A stretch of 53,221 nt of DNA from the NCBI GenBank assembly GCA_030834415.1, contig JAURFH010000002.1, positions 1 to 53,221 of the forward strand, in the 5' to 3' direction. The notes beneath the pieces were generated by a model that searched no databases, was not told the origin of the DNA, and saw only the letters and a program-made list of their open reading frames with translations. The DNA comes from Verrucomicrobiota bacterium (lineage in GTDB: Bacteria > Verrucomicrobiota > Verrucomicrobiia > Limisphaerales > JAEYXS01). Made by a program: the position numbers and the translations under genes. Below are positions 9,951-18,977 of the stretch, piece after piece; the first letter of the stretch is position 1; the number at the start of each line of letters is the position of its first letter.

Positions 9951-10712
9951 ATGGGCAAAAAGAAAAAATCGGAGGCCAAAGCCAAGACCCGCCTGTCCAG
10001 TGCGGTCCGGGTGCCGACGCGTAAAGCCAAGCGTTTCTACGGGCACGGCATCCCGCGCGTGGATCTCAAGCAACTCACCGGCCGATTGATCGTGGTGGAA
10101 GGTGCCGATGGTTCGGGGCGTTCCACGCAGATCAACCGCCTTGTGGAATGGTTGGAAGGTTGCGGCCATGCCACCGTTCAAGTCGGCCTTAAGCGTTCGA
10201 CACTGGTGAGCGAAGAACTCGAACAGGCGCAGCAAGGTAACATTCTCAGCCGCTCCACCCTGAGCCTCTTTTACGCCACGGACTTTGCGGACCAGCTCGA
10301 GAACGTGATCCTGCCGGCGCTCAAGGCCGGGTTCATGGTGCTGGCCGATCGCTACATCTACACCCTCATGGCGCGTAACATGGTGCGCGGGATGGATGAG
10401 AAGTGGCTGAAGAATCTCTACGGCATCGCACTTGAACCGGACGCGGTGTTCTACCTGAACGTCTCCCCAGAACAACTGGTGCAACGTAACTTCGCCAAGA
10501 ACTCCGCCTTGGATTACTGGGAGAGCGGCATGGACCTCGGTCTTTCGCGCGACATGTTCGACAGCTTCCTGCAGTATCAGGCCCTGATGGCCAAGCAGTT
10601 CACAATCTTGCGGGATTCTTATCGCTTCACCATCGTGAACGGCAACCGCTCGGCTGACGCCATCAACGCCGAGTTGCGCAAGCACATCGAAAAAATCATC
10701 GCCGGCAGTTAA
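9951..10712 (+). CDS. thymidylate kinase-like protein, degenerate Walker A (GSGRS), Lys-rich N-terminal extension
   Basis: 253-aa ORF starting 2 nt after the upstream stop. The P-loop reads VEGADGSGRST, with Arg where the invariant Lys is expected. The DRY motif (ADRYIY) is present. It shares an unusual YWESGMDLGLS / YFEAGMDMRLS segment with the upstream paralogue. The N-terminus is MGKKKKSEAKAKTR. Confidence 0.8.
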   Translation: MGKKKKSEAKAKTRLSSAVRVPTRKAKRFYGHGIPRVDLKQLTGRLIVVEGADGSGRSTQINRLVEWLEGCGHATVQVGLKRSTLVSEELEQAQQGNILSRSTLSLFYATDFADQLENVILPALKAGFMVLADRYIYTLMARNMVRGMDEKWLKNLYGIALEPDAVFYLNVSPEQLVQRNFAKNSALDYWESGMDLGLSRDMFDSFLQYQALMAKQFTILRDSYRFTIVNGNRSADAINAELRKHIEKIIAGS

Positions 10713-10731
10713 TCCCTCAACGACCTGCGTC

Positions 10732-11718
10732 ATGCCTGAAGCCGCAAGCAAAAGTGAGAACTTGTTGATCGGGGTGGATTTGGGCGGCACCAAAATCCTC
10801 GCCGGAGTTTTTGATCGCAGCCTGAATTGCGTCTCCCAGGCCAAGATGACCACCAAAGCGCAACGGGGCGCCGATGGCGTCATCGAACGCGTGGCCCGTT
10901 GCATCCGTGACGCAGTAGATGAAGGGGACTTGGACCTCAAGCAGGTAAAGGGCATCGGTATCGGTGCCCCGGGTGCCGTGGACACGGAGAACGGCAAGGT
11001 CATCTTCGCGCCCAACTTGCAATGGCACGATGTGCCGCTGAAGAAGGCGTTGGAAAAAGATTTGGGCATCCCGGTATTCGTGGAGAACGATTGTAACATC
11101 TGCACCATCGGCGTGCATGAAGCCGAGCTGGGCGGCAAGCCCAAGAACATGGTGGGCATCTTTCTGGGGACCGGCATCGGCGGCGGAATCATCATCAATA
11201 GCAAACTCTACTCCGGCTTCAACAAGACCGCCGGTGAGCTTGGCCATATGATCTTGGAGGTCGGCGGACCAAAATGCGGTTGCGGCAATCGTGGCTGCTT
11301 CGAGGCATTGGCCAGCCGGGGGGCCATCTTCCGCCGCATCCAGACCGCAGCCAAGGAAGGCCAGAAAACCGTCCTTACCGAGATGCTCGGGGATAATTGG
11401 GACGATATGAAAAGCGGCGATCTGCGCAAGGCCATCAAGCGCGGTGATAAGTTCGTCGAGAAAGTCGTGGAAGAGTCGGCTGAATATACCGGCATCGCCG
11501 TGGCCAATATCATCAACCTGCTGAACCCGGACACCATCGTGCTGGGCGGTGGGGTCATCGAGCAGATGGAAGACCAGATGATGGCGATCATCATCGAGAC
11601 CGCGCATGACTATGCGCTGGATGGCACCGCCGAGAACATCGAGATCATCGCCTCGAAATTGGGTGACAGTGCTGGCATCACGGGCGGAGCCGTATTGGCT
11701 CGGCGCAATCTGTCTTAG
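10732..11718 (+). CDS. ROK family glucokinase
   Basis: 328-aa ORF with the ATP-binding motif DLGGTKILAGV and the ROK signature LGTGIGGGII...GELGHMIL...CGCGNRGCFEALAS (Zn-binding CxCGxxGC). Confidence 0.9.
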   Translation: MPEAASKSENLLIGVDLGGTKILAGVFDRSLNCVSQAKMTTKAQRGADGVIERVARCIRDAVDEGDLDLKQVKGIGIGAPGAVDTENGKVIFAPNLQWHDVPLKKALEKDLGIPVFVENDCNICTIGVHEAELGGKPKNMVGIFLGTGIGGGIIINSKLYSGFNKTAGELGHMILEVGGPKCGCGNRGCFEALASRGAIFRRIQTAAKEGQKTVLTEMLGDNWDDMKSGDLRKAIKRGDKFVEKVVEESAEYTGIAVANIINLLNPDTIVLGGGVIEQMEDQMMAIIIETAHDYALDGTAENIEIIASKLGDSAGITGGAVLARRNLS

Positions 11719-11741
11719 CTTTACCCGCAGTTTTCTCTCCC

Positions 11742-12683
11742 ATGCCTGATACTCTTACAAGACGGGCGGTCATCGATATCGGGACCAACTCGGTAAAACT
11801 TTTGGTCGGCGACGTATCCGATGGCATCGTCACGCCCGTCTTTGAAGCGGGAGAGCAGACGCGCTTGGGTCAGGGACTTTACGAATCGAACCGGCTGCAA
11901 CCGGAGGCCATCGCCCGCACGGTGGATTGCGTCACCCGCTTTGCCGCTCAGACTTGGGAAATGGGGGCGGCCACCATCCGGGTGATCGCGACCAGTGCCA
12001 CTCGAGACGCCTTGAACGGATCAGAATTGGTGCAGGCCATCCAAGATCATGCGAATCTCAGCACTGAGGTGATCTCGGGATCCACGGAAGCGGAATGGGT
12101 TTATCGCGGGGTATTGAGTGATCCCGAATTGGCAGCGCATCCGCTGCTGATCCTCGACGTAGGTGGTGGCAGCACAGAATTAATTGTCACCGCCGCTGGT
12201 GAACGCAGGTTCGATCAAAGCTTCCAGATGGGCACGGTCAGGTTGCTGGAGAAATTTCCACCGGCTGATCCGCCTTCACCCGAAGATTTCACCAGTTGCC
12301 AGAACTGGCTGCGGGAACTCTTGGAGCATTCGGCCGGGCCACTCATCGCGCCACACCTGCCTCCCAAGGGCAGCCCGCAAACCTTGCTGGTGGGCACTGG
12401 GGGCGCAGCTTTGATCTTGGCCCGCATCCATCTGGCGCTGCCCGATTTCACAAGGGAGCAGATGGAAGGCCTCTCTCTTTCCACCCAAGAAGTATCGGCC
12501 ATCTGCGAAAGGCTATGGAGTCTGCCGCTGGCCGAACGGCGCAAGATCATCGGCCTGCCACCAGAGCGCGCGGATGTGATGCTGATGGGCGCGCTTATCT
12601 ATGAAAGCGTCTTGCGGCAATTCGGCATCTCAGCCCTGCGGGTCAGTACCCGGGGGTTGCGATATGCCGCCCTTGTGGCCTGA
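11742..12683 (+). CDS. Ppx/GppA family phosphatase (short, two-domain form)
   Basis: 313-aa ORF with the motifs VIDIGTNSVKLLV, ATSATRDALNG, EAEWVYRGV and LDVGGGSTEL. Confidence 0.9.
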   Translation: MPDTLTRRAVIDIGTNSVKLLVGDVSDGIVTPVFEAGEQTRLGQGLYESNRLQPEAIARTVDCVTRFAAQTWEMGAATIRVIATSATRDALNGSELVQAIQDHANLSTEVISGSTEAEWVYRGVLSDPELAAHPLLILDVGGGSTELIVTAAGERRFDQSFQMGTVRLLEKFPPADPPSPEDFTSCQNWLRELLEHSAGPLIAPHLPPKGSPQTLLVGTGGAALILARIHLALPDFTREQMEGLSLSTQEVSAICERLWSLPLAERRKIIGLPPERADVMLMGALIYESVLRQFGISALRVSTRGLRYAALVA

Positions 12684-12694
12684 TCGTGCTTAAT

Positions 12695-12724
12695 AAAAAA
12701 CCCCGCTCCATCGCTGAAGCGGGG
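12695..12724 (-). terminator. rho-independent terminator for the DUF481 gene
   Basis: A 7-bp GC stem (CCCCGCT 12701-12707 pairing with AGCGGGG 12718-12724) encloses a 10-nt loop. Read on the minus strand it is followed by TTTTTT (12695-12700). It lies between convergent genes. Confidence 0.6.
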
Positions 12725-12744
12725 TCAGATAAGTAAGGTCCGGT

Positions 12745-13518
12745 TTAGAACTTGTACTTCACACCAGCCACGAGCTTGATGTCGTTCTTCTTACGACCAG
12801 CAGCTGGTTCGTTGTCATAGCTGTCTACGATATAGAACTCGAGTTTCACCGACTGGGTGATGTCCGTCTCGATGCCGATCTCGAAGTTGAAGATGTAATT
12901 GTTGAAGTCATCGATCTGCGGCAGGAACTCGGCTTTCTGCCAGAGGCGGGCGCGATCGCTGATCTTGTATTCAAACTTCTCGGCCACACGGGCGCTCATG
13001 TAGCTCTTGGAGCGGCCACCCACGTCCTCAAACACGAAGGAAGGACCACCTTCTGCGCTGAGGATCATGCGGTCTTCCTTGATGAAGTAATAACCGATAC
13101 CAGGACCGACATTCAGACGGTAGGAGACATCGGCGATATCATCATGCAACAGATCGGCGAGCACGTAACCGAACGCGCGTTCGCTGACCAGACGGTTGTA
13201 TTGGCCATAAACCCGCAAAGAGTCATTGTTCTTCAGGTTGTTCGATTCGCCGTAAGTGCCATCCGCACCGACGGTCACTTCGTTCTGGCGCCATTTGCGC
13301 AAACCTTGGGCACGGGCAGTGAAAAGCACCGTGTCGCTGTTGCCTTGGGTGACCGTGGCACCGAGACCGACGCTGCCCTCCCATTTGGGAGCGGGTTTCT
13401 CAGCCGGAGCCGGGGCGGCGGCTTGGGCCATGGCCGGGGTGGATAACACGCCTGACAGAGCTGCCAGCACACCGGCAACACCAAGCGTCCGCTTCAAGGA
13501 TGTTTGATTCAGCATCAT
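12745..13518 (-). CDS. DUF481 (YdiY-like) outer-membrane beta-barrel protein
   Basis: The start is taken at MMLNQTSLKRTLGVAGVLAALSGVLSTPAMAQ (signal peptide). The sequence has alternating beta-strand character, the motifs GNSDT and GPGIGYYF, and a C-terminal GVKYKF ending in an aromatic residue. Confidence 0.75.
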   Translation of the reverse strand: MMLNQTSLKRTLGVAGVLAALSGVLSTPAMAQAAAPAPAEKPAPKWEGSVGLGATVTQGNSDTVLFTARAQGLRKWRQNEVTVGADGTYGESNNLKNNDSLRVYGQYNRLVSERAFGYVLADLLHDDIADVSYRLNVGPGIGYYFIKEDRMILSAEGGPSFVFEDVGGRSKSYMSARVAEKFEYKISDRARLWQKAEFLPQIDDFNNYIFNFEIGIETDITQSVKLEFYIVDSYDNEPAAGRKKNDIKLVAGVKYKF

Positions 13519-13664
13519 AAATGAACCGCGAACCGTAGACGGTGAGATTTCGATGTCAAAGCCCGTTTTGTGACAATTTCGGGCCATCCGGACAGAAGAC
13601 CGTGGTCATTTGCGTTTACAAAAGCCGCTCATAAGCCGTATTTTTAAGAACTTAACTCCCTAGT

Positions 13665-14606
13665 ATGAAAGCCACACCGCTAAACGACCTGCCGGCCGCC
13701 GGAATCAACCGCCGCAACTTCTTGAAAACCGGTGCCTTGGCCGCCACTTATGGCGGGGTAGCCGCCATGACACCCTATACCCAAGCAGTGCCTGCTACCG
13801 CCTCGATCGATCCGAAGTATCGCATCGAGAAAGGGCGCATCCGGCAGTCCATCATGGGCTGGTGTTTCAAGCCCATGCCGGAAAAGGAACTGGCGAAGCA
13901 TTGCAAAGACATCGGCTTGGTGGCCATAGAAGGGATCGGCATCGAGCATTATCCTATGGTGAAAGAGCTGGGCCTGAACATATCGCTGGTGGGCAGTCAT
14001 GGGTTTGCAAAAGGGCCGGTCAATCCCGCCAACCACGCCGAGGTGAAAAAGATTTTGCTGGAGCGCATCGACGTGGCGGCCAGTGTGGGCGCGCCCAATG
14101 TCATCACGTTCACGGGCATGCGTGAGCCGGGCATCAGCGACGAGCAAAGCGCCAAGAACTGTCTCGACTGCTGGAAGCAGGTGATCCAACACGCGGAGAA
14201 GAAGAAGGTCACTCTTGTGCTCGAACATCTGAACTCCCGCGATAACACACACCCGATGAAGGGGCATCCGGGTTACTTCGGGGACAATGTGGATTACTGC
14301 ATCGAGTTGGTGAAGGCGATGGGGTCACCGAACTTCAAGCTGCTGTTCGACATCTATCACGTCCAGATCATGAACGGCGACGTCATCCGCCGCCTGCGGA
14401 TGTATAAGGACTACATCGGCCACTACCACACGGCTGGTTGCCCGGGTCGCGGCGAACTGGATGACAATCAGGAGATCAACTACCCGCCCATCCTCCGCGC
14501 CATCTTGGAGACCGGCTACACCGGCTACGTGGCGCAGGAATTCATCCCCACTTGGGATGATCCTATCCTCGCGCTCCGCCATGCGGCGAAGCTGTGTGAT
14601 GTGTAG
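13665..14606 (+). CDS. sugar phosphate isomerase/epimerase (xylose-isomerase-like TIM barrel, hydroxypyruvate-isomerase-like), Tat signal
   Basis: 313-aa ORF with a twin-arginine leader (NRRNFLKTGALA). The motifs VLEHLNS, FDIYHVQIM, HTAG and QEF are typical of the AP-endonuclease-2/xylose isomerase-like fold. Confidence 0.85.
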   Translation: MKATPLNDLPAAGINRRNFLKTGALAATYGGVAAMTPYTQAVPATASIDPKYRIEKGRIRQSIMGWCFKPMPEKELAKHCKDIGLVAIEGIGIEHYPMVKELGLNISLVGSHGFAKGPVNPANHAEVKKILLERIDVAASVGAPNVITFTGMREPGISDEQSAKNCLDCWKQVIQHAEKKKVTLVLEHLNSRDNTHPMKGHPGYFGDNVDYCIELVKAMGSPNFKLLFDIYHVQIMNGDVIRRLRMYKDYIGHYHTAGCPGRGELDDNQEINYPPILRAILETGYTGYVAQEFIPTWDDPILALRHAAKLCDV

Positions 14607-14712
14607 AGCCTTTACGGCTTAGGCGATCTTAATTCCTGAAGATTCAGAGACAGGGGCACTCTCCTCTGTCCAAAACCGCCGTTAAAGGACTTAGTATTAT
14701 TGAGCGTTTACC

Positions 14713-15255
14713 ATGTCTGCGCCTGACAAAACCGAACTGTTCATCGTCCAGCTCTCTACGATTGAAAGATCGCTGGCCTTGTACGTGATGACGTTGGTGC
14801 CGCGGCCGCAGGATGCGGAGGACATCCTCCAGCAGAGCAAGTTGGTGATGTGGCGCTGTTTCGACCAGTTCCAGCAAGGGACGAATTTCGGCGCGTGGGC
14901 GCGGAAGATCGCCTTTCACCAAGTGCTCACGTATCGCAAGCGCCAGAAGAAGAGCCAGTTGCAGGTGTCAGATGAATTTCTGGAGATCATCGCCGCCGAA
15001 GCGGAAAGCAACGATGATGTGCTGGAGGTGCAACGCCAGCTCCTGACCCAGTGCATGACCAAACTGGACCCGGAGCATCGCCAGATCCTGAACCTGCGCT
15101 ATCATGAAGGGGAAGAGATCGAGGCAATCGCGGCGGAGACCAACAAGACGGAAGGTGCGGTGTATCGCCTGCTCAGCCGGATCCGGAAGAATTTACACGA
15201 TTGCGTGACCCGTTCGTTGAAGAAAGTGGATGCCTATGAACCCGAAGCAAGCTGA
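14713..15255 (+). CDS. ECF-type RNA polymerase sigma factor
   Basis: 180-aa ORF. Region 2 reads FGAWARKIAFHQVLTYRKR. The region 4 helix-turn-helix reads LNLRYHEGEEIEAIAAETNKTEGAVYRLLSRIRKNL. Confidence 0.85.
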   Translation: MSAPDKTELFIVQLSTIERSLALYVMTLVPRPQDAEDILQQSKLVMWRCFDQFQQGTNFGAWARKIAFHQVLTYRKRQKKSQLQVSDEFLEIIAAEAESNDDVLEVQRQLLTQCMTKLDPEHRQILNLRYHEGEEIEAIAAETNKTEGAVYRLLSRIRKNLHDCVTRSLKKVDAYEPEAS

Positions 15256-16735
15256 AGAACTGCACGAGTTGTGCGAACGGCTCGTCGAGGAACGATTGAC
15301 GCCGGAGGAATCTGCGCGGCTGGAAGCGCTGGTGCGTGAGTCGGCGGTGGCGCGGCGTTATGTGGTGGAGCATCTGCAGTTGCATGCCGGTCTGCATTGG
15401 GAGAGCGGTCGCATCGGGCAACAGACGTTGCCGGACCAACTGGCCGCTTCGCTGGCGGGTTTGGATTCAGCTACGGACAGCACAATGGTTCGCCTGCCCT
15501 CCCCTTGGGCCAAGCGCGCCCCGTGGCTGGCCTTGGCGGCTAGTGTGGTCGTATTAGCAGCCGGTATCGGTCTGGGGCTTTCTTTGGCCAAACAGGATTT
15601 ACCCGCGCAGCAGGCTGTAATCGCCCCTCCAGCCGTAGCCACTCTGTCACAAACGCGGGGGTGCCGTTGGGAAAGCTCCGCCCTGCCGACATTGGAAGGT
15701 GCCCGGCTCACCGCCGGTCAGCTCTCACTGACGGATGGCTTGGCCACGTTGCGTTTCGATTCCGGAGCCACCGTGACCTTGGAAGCTCCGGCCGTGTTGG
15801 AGATCGTGAACAAGGATCTGTGCATCTTGCATCGCGGCATGTTGACTGCGCATGTGCCGAAGGAAGCGGTGGGATTCACCGTGGAGACGGCGAATGCGAA
15901 GGTGATTGATCATGGCACGGAGTTCGGCTTGAGCGCGGGCGCGAATGGTCAGGCTTTGGTACAAGTATTTGACGGTGAGGTGGAAGTGCGTCATCGCCAG
16001 AGCGGTGAGAATCTGCGGCTGACCACCGGTGAGAATGTGGTGATGGATACGAAAGCCGTGACCGGCCGCAATACCGGTATGGCCGAGGCCGACCGGACTT
16101 CGCGCCCCAATGCGGAAACAAGTCAACCCGCCAATGCCGTGACCCTGACCACCGCTTCGGGCAATGGACGCACCACTTACATCTATTCACCGGGCACCAC
16201 GAACCATCATTCGGATTCATTGATGCTGGTGAAGCACACGGACTCGGCCACGTTCAGACGCAAAGCCTACTTCAGCTTCGATGTGAGCAGCCTGAAGGGG
16301 CACAAGGTGGAGAATGCTTCCTTGGCCTTAGCATTCGAGCCGACGGGGTATGGTTTTGCCTCACGTCTGCCTGCCTGTGTGTTCACCGTGTATGGCTTGA
16401 AGGATGGCCCGACGGATGAGTGGTCTGAGCAGGAACTTAAGTGGGACAATGCGCCAGCCAATCTGCCGGGCGGGAACGAGATCGATACCGGCAAAGCGGT
16501 TGTGGTAGGGACATTCACCATCGAACCGGAAGAGGCGAGCGGCCTGCGGGTGATCAGCAACCCGGCCCTGACGGCTTTCCTAAACGACGACCACAATGGG
16601 CAGGTGACATTGATTGTGGTGCGTGAGACCGCTGAACGGGTAGTGAAAGGCCAGGCCAGCGGCTTGGTGCATGGCTTCGCGGGGAATTATCATCCGACCG
16701 CGCCACCACCTACCCTGCGCCTGACCCTCCAATAA
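15230..16735 (+). CDS. FecR-family anti-sigma factor with C-terminal DNRLRE-like domain
   Basis: 501-aa ORF overlapping the sigma gene by 26 nt. It has an N-terminal anti-sigma helix region, one TM segment (WLALAASVVVLAAGIGLGLSL), and a FecR-like core (GARLTAGQLSLTDGLATLRFDSGATVTLEAPA...). The last ~200 aa contain AYFSFDVSSLKG.KVENASLAL...EWSEQELKWDNAP, which resembles DNRLRE/CBM-like domains. Confidence 0.8.
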   Translation: MPMNPKQAEELHELCERLVEERLTPEESARLEALVRESAVARRYVVEHLQLHAGLHWESGRIGQQTLPDQLAASLAGLDSATDSTMVRLPSPWAKRAPWLALAASVVVLAAGIGLGLSLAKQDLPAQQAVIAPPAVATLSQTRGCRWESSALPTLEGARLTAGQLSLTDGLATLRFDSGATVTLEAPAVLEIVNKDLCILHRGMLTAHVPKEAVGFTVETANAKVIDHGTEFGLSAGANGQALVQVFDGEVEVRHRQSGENLRLTTGENVVMDTKAVTGRNTGMAEADRTSRPNAETSQPANAVTLTTASGNGRTTYIYSPGTTNHHSDSLMLVKHTDSATFRRKAYFSFDVSSLKGHKVENASLALAFEPTGYGFASRLPACVFTVYGLKDGPTDEWSEQELKWDNAPANLPGGNEIDTGKAVVVGTFTIEPEEASGLRVISNPALTAFLNDDHNGQVTLIVVRETAERVVKGQASGLVHGFAGNYHPTAPPPTLRLTLQ

Positions 16736-16830
16736 GCCTCACATCCGTGTACGTTGAGCTGAGAACCACAGTCTATCCAAGGCAAATGCCCCCTTGATTT
16801 CAAGGGATTGATAACGCAAAATTTATTTGG

Positions 16831-17295
16831 ATGAATGTGAAGGAAGAAGCCATCATCCACCGCTTGCCGTCATTTGTATGGCCTTACTTGGCCAGCACCG
16901 AAATGCTGCCGCGGTGGAATAGCCAAATCCTTCGCATTTTCCCAAAAGAACACGGCCCTTTCCGCCCGCACTTCAAATTCGATGTCACGTTGTTGGTGAA
17001 AGGAAACGAGCACGAATATTCAGCGGAAGTGGTGGAGTTTATCGAACTTCGTCGAATCGTCTTCAAGTTGCGTTCCAAAACCAATCCATCTCTTCCGGAG
17101 TCGACCGAGTGCATCACGCTTTCCCCCTTGGTCAAAGGCACTAAGATCGAGCGGACGACCGAGATATTCGGCGCCGAGAAAACGATTTCATGGTGGGTGA
17201 AACTGCTGCAAAGGCTGTTTGGCTGCTTGAATAAACCGAAGGCTAGCGAATATTCCCTGAACCGCCTTGCCCAAGTCGTGGAGCAGAGGCACTAG
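16831..17295 (+). CDS. SRPBCC (START/polyketide-cyclase-like) family protein
   Basis: 154-aa ORF. Its size and pattern (IHRLPSFVWPYLASTEMLPRW...) fit the SRPBCC fold, but the sequence signal is weak. GC content is visibly lower than in the neighbouring genes. Confidence 0.5.
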   Translation: MNVKEEAIIHRLPSFVWPYLASTEMLPRWNSQILRIFPKEHGPFRPHFKFDVTLLVKGNEHEYSAEVVEFIELRRIVFKLRSKTNPSLPESTECITLSPLVKGTKIERTTEIFGAEKTISWWVKLLQRLFGCLNKPKASEYSLNRLAQVVEQRH

Positions 17296-18374
17296 TCTTT
17301 TGGAGCGGGCGGCAGTGTCGGCAACGCCAACGGATTCACTCCCGGCTTGGATCCGGGAGGCAATGGGGGAGCGCCAGCCCCGGGAGGCAAAGGCGGCATT
17401 TGCTTCACCAGACTTCGCCAAGTATTCCGCTCTTCTTCACTCATCTTCTCCCAGCGTTCAGCGGTGGCGATAAAACGCGCCTGTTCATCAGCACTCAAGT
17501 TGTTAAATTTACGCGCCGAATCCATGCAACGTTTGCGCTCATCTGGAGAAAGTTTCTCATAATCGGCCAGCGTTTGCTCCACCTTGGCCCGTTCGTTTTG
17601 ATTAAGTTTCTCGAGGATGGCCTGCTGCTCGTGGTCAGACAGTTCAAAAAGATTGTGAAATGCATCAACCATCCGGTTCCGCTGTTCCTTGGGCCAGGCC
17701 TTCATCTCGTCGATCCGCGTCTTGACCTTTTCACGGTACTCCGGAGACATGTTGGCGAAAACATCTTCCTTCGAGGCCGCCGGGGCAGCCTCCACGCGGA
17801 TGACGTAACGGATGGTGCTCTGATGCTCGAGCACATCTTGCTGCAAATCAGGCGGCAACTTGTCCCATTGGTCCAACCGGGCTTGTACCGCTTTGCGACG
17901 GTCTTCCGGCAAGCGCTCCAGCTTTTCCGCACGGCGATCTGGAGATGAGCGCAGCAAGGACAGCATCTCGAAGTAAAGCTCCGTCGAGCTGAGGCGCAAT
18001 TCCCGCTGCTCCGGAGTCAGAGCGTCATATTCCTTCAGCTTGCCCAGCATGAAGTTACGGCTCCATTCCGACTTGCCAGCCAAGTCTGTCTCCCGCTCTT
18101 CCGGACTCAAGGCCAGCAAACGCCGCAATTCATCCATCGGACTTCTCGAGCCTCTGCCGTCGCGGCCATCTCTACCGCCGTCACGTCCTCCCCGTCCACG
18201 ACCCCAATCACCTGGCGGACGCCCATCAGGACCTGGTGGCGGACCAAACCGCCGCTCTTCCTTCGGGGGATTCTCCTTATCCTGTCCGGTGACCGGCTCC
18301 GTCGTCTGGGCGCAAAGCATCCCGGGACCGGCACTCAGTGCGGTCAACAACAGGATGTGCGACAGGCGAAACAT
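17292..18374 (-). CDS. secreted DUF3106-like repeat protein (LSPEER/LTPEQR repeats, RG-rich N-terminus, Pro-rich C-terminus)
   Basis: 360-aa ORF with a signal peptide (LLLTALSAGPGMLCAQ). About 10 copies of a hydrophobic-[ST]-P-[ED]-[ED/Q]-R helix-capping motif are present (LSPEER, LTPEQR, LPEDRR, MSPEYR, WPKEQR, LSPDER, LSADEQ, MSEEER). It is the last gene of a sigma/anti-sigma operon. Confidence 0.7.
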   Translation of the reverse strand: MFRLSHILLLTALSAGPGMLCAQTTEPVTGQDKENPPKEERRFGPPPGPDGRPPGDWGRGRGGRDGGRDGRDGRGSRSPMDELRRLLALSPEERETDLAGKSEWSRNFMLGKLKEYDALTPEQRELRLSSTELYFEMLSLLRSSPDRRAEKLERLPEDRRKAVQARLDQWDKLPPDLQQDVLEHQSTIRYVIRVEAAPAASKEDVFANMSPEYREKVKTRIDEMKAWPKEQRNRMVDAFHNLFELSDHEQQAILEKLNQNERAKVEQTLADYEKLSPDERKRCMDSARKFNNLSADEQARFIATAERWEKMSEEERNTWRSLVKQMPPLPPGAGAPPLPPGSKPGVNPLALPTLPPAPKD

Positions 18375-18395
18375 GAAATCCTAAACTCCGGCCAT

Positions 18396-18944
18396 TTACT
18401 GCTGCAAAGCAGCGAGCAACTCAAGATCCGGCTCCGCAGCATTCTGGGTGGTCAGGCTCAAGCGGCGGATGGCTTCAAAATCTTTCAACACATCCACAGA
18501 TGGCACCGGGGCCACCTTGGCCATTTCCTTCATCTGCTCGGCCATCTCCTGACGGGAGTCCGTAATGGCATCCGGCTGGTGCTGCCGCAAGGCGAGCACA
18601 GCCGCCAAGGCGACCACCGCCGTCGAAGCCGTCAACTGCACCAGATGTTTCCGCAGCCAGTAAACAAAACCTGTCCTGCTGACAGCCTCAGCGCGTTGGG
18701 CTTGACGCTGCTCCAACTCCACCGCCTGCAATACCAACGAGGTAAAATTGGATGATACCGGCGCGTCTGGCAGTTGCCGGACCACCTGGCAAAGTGCGAC
18801 CTCATCCTCCCACTCGGCACGCAAATCGGGGCACCCAGCCAGCCAAGACTCAAGCTGCGCCTGCTCTTTCGGCGTCAACTGGCCCCGCAGGCTTTTTTCC
18901 CACAGTTCATTTTGTTCGTGCTCGCTCATAGCGTTACCTTTCAT
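18396..18944 (-). CDS. anti-sigma factor (single-pass membrane protein)
   Basis: 182-aa ORF immediately downstream of the ECF sigma gene. The N-terminal segment reads LTPKEQAQLESWLAGCPDLRAEWEDE, and there is one TM helix (LVQLTASTAVVALAAVLAL). Confidence 0.65.
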   Translation of the reverse strand: MKGNAMSEHEQNELWEKSLRGQLTPKEQAQLESWLAGCPDLRAEWEDEVALCQVVRQLPDAPVSSNFTSLVLQAVELEQRQAQRAEAVSRTGFVYWLRKHLVQLTASTAVVALAAVLALRQHQPDAITDSRQEMAEQMKEMAKVAPVPSVDVLKDFEAIRRLSLTTQNAAEPDLELLAALQQ

Positions 18945-18977
18945 TCAATAACCGACCACCGTCCAAAGTTGCGTTCA

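Noticed and set aside
9945-11607. Minus-strand ORFs of 419 aa and 296 aa overlapping the second Tmk-like gene and the ROK gene.
   Set aside because: These are shadow ORFs. The plus-strand frames contain P-loop and ROK signatures, and the minus-strand products are low-complexity.
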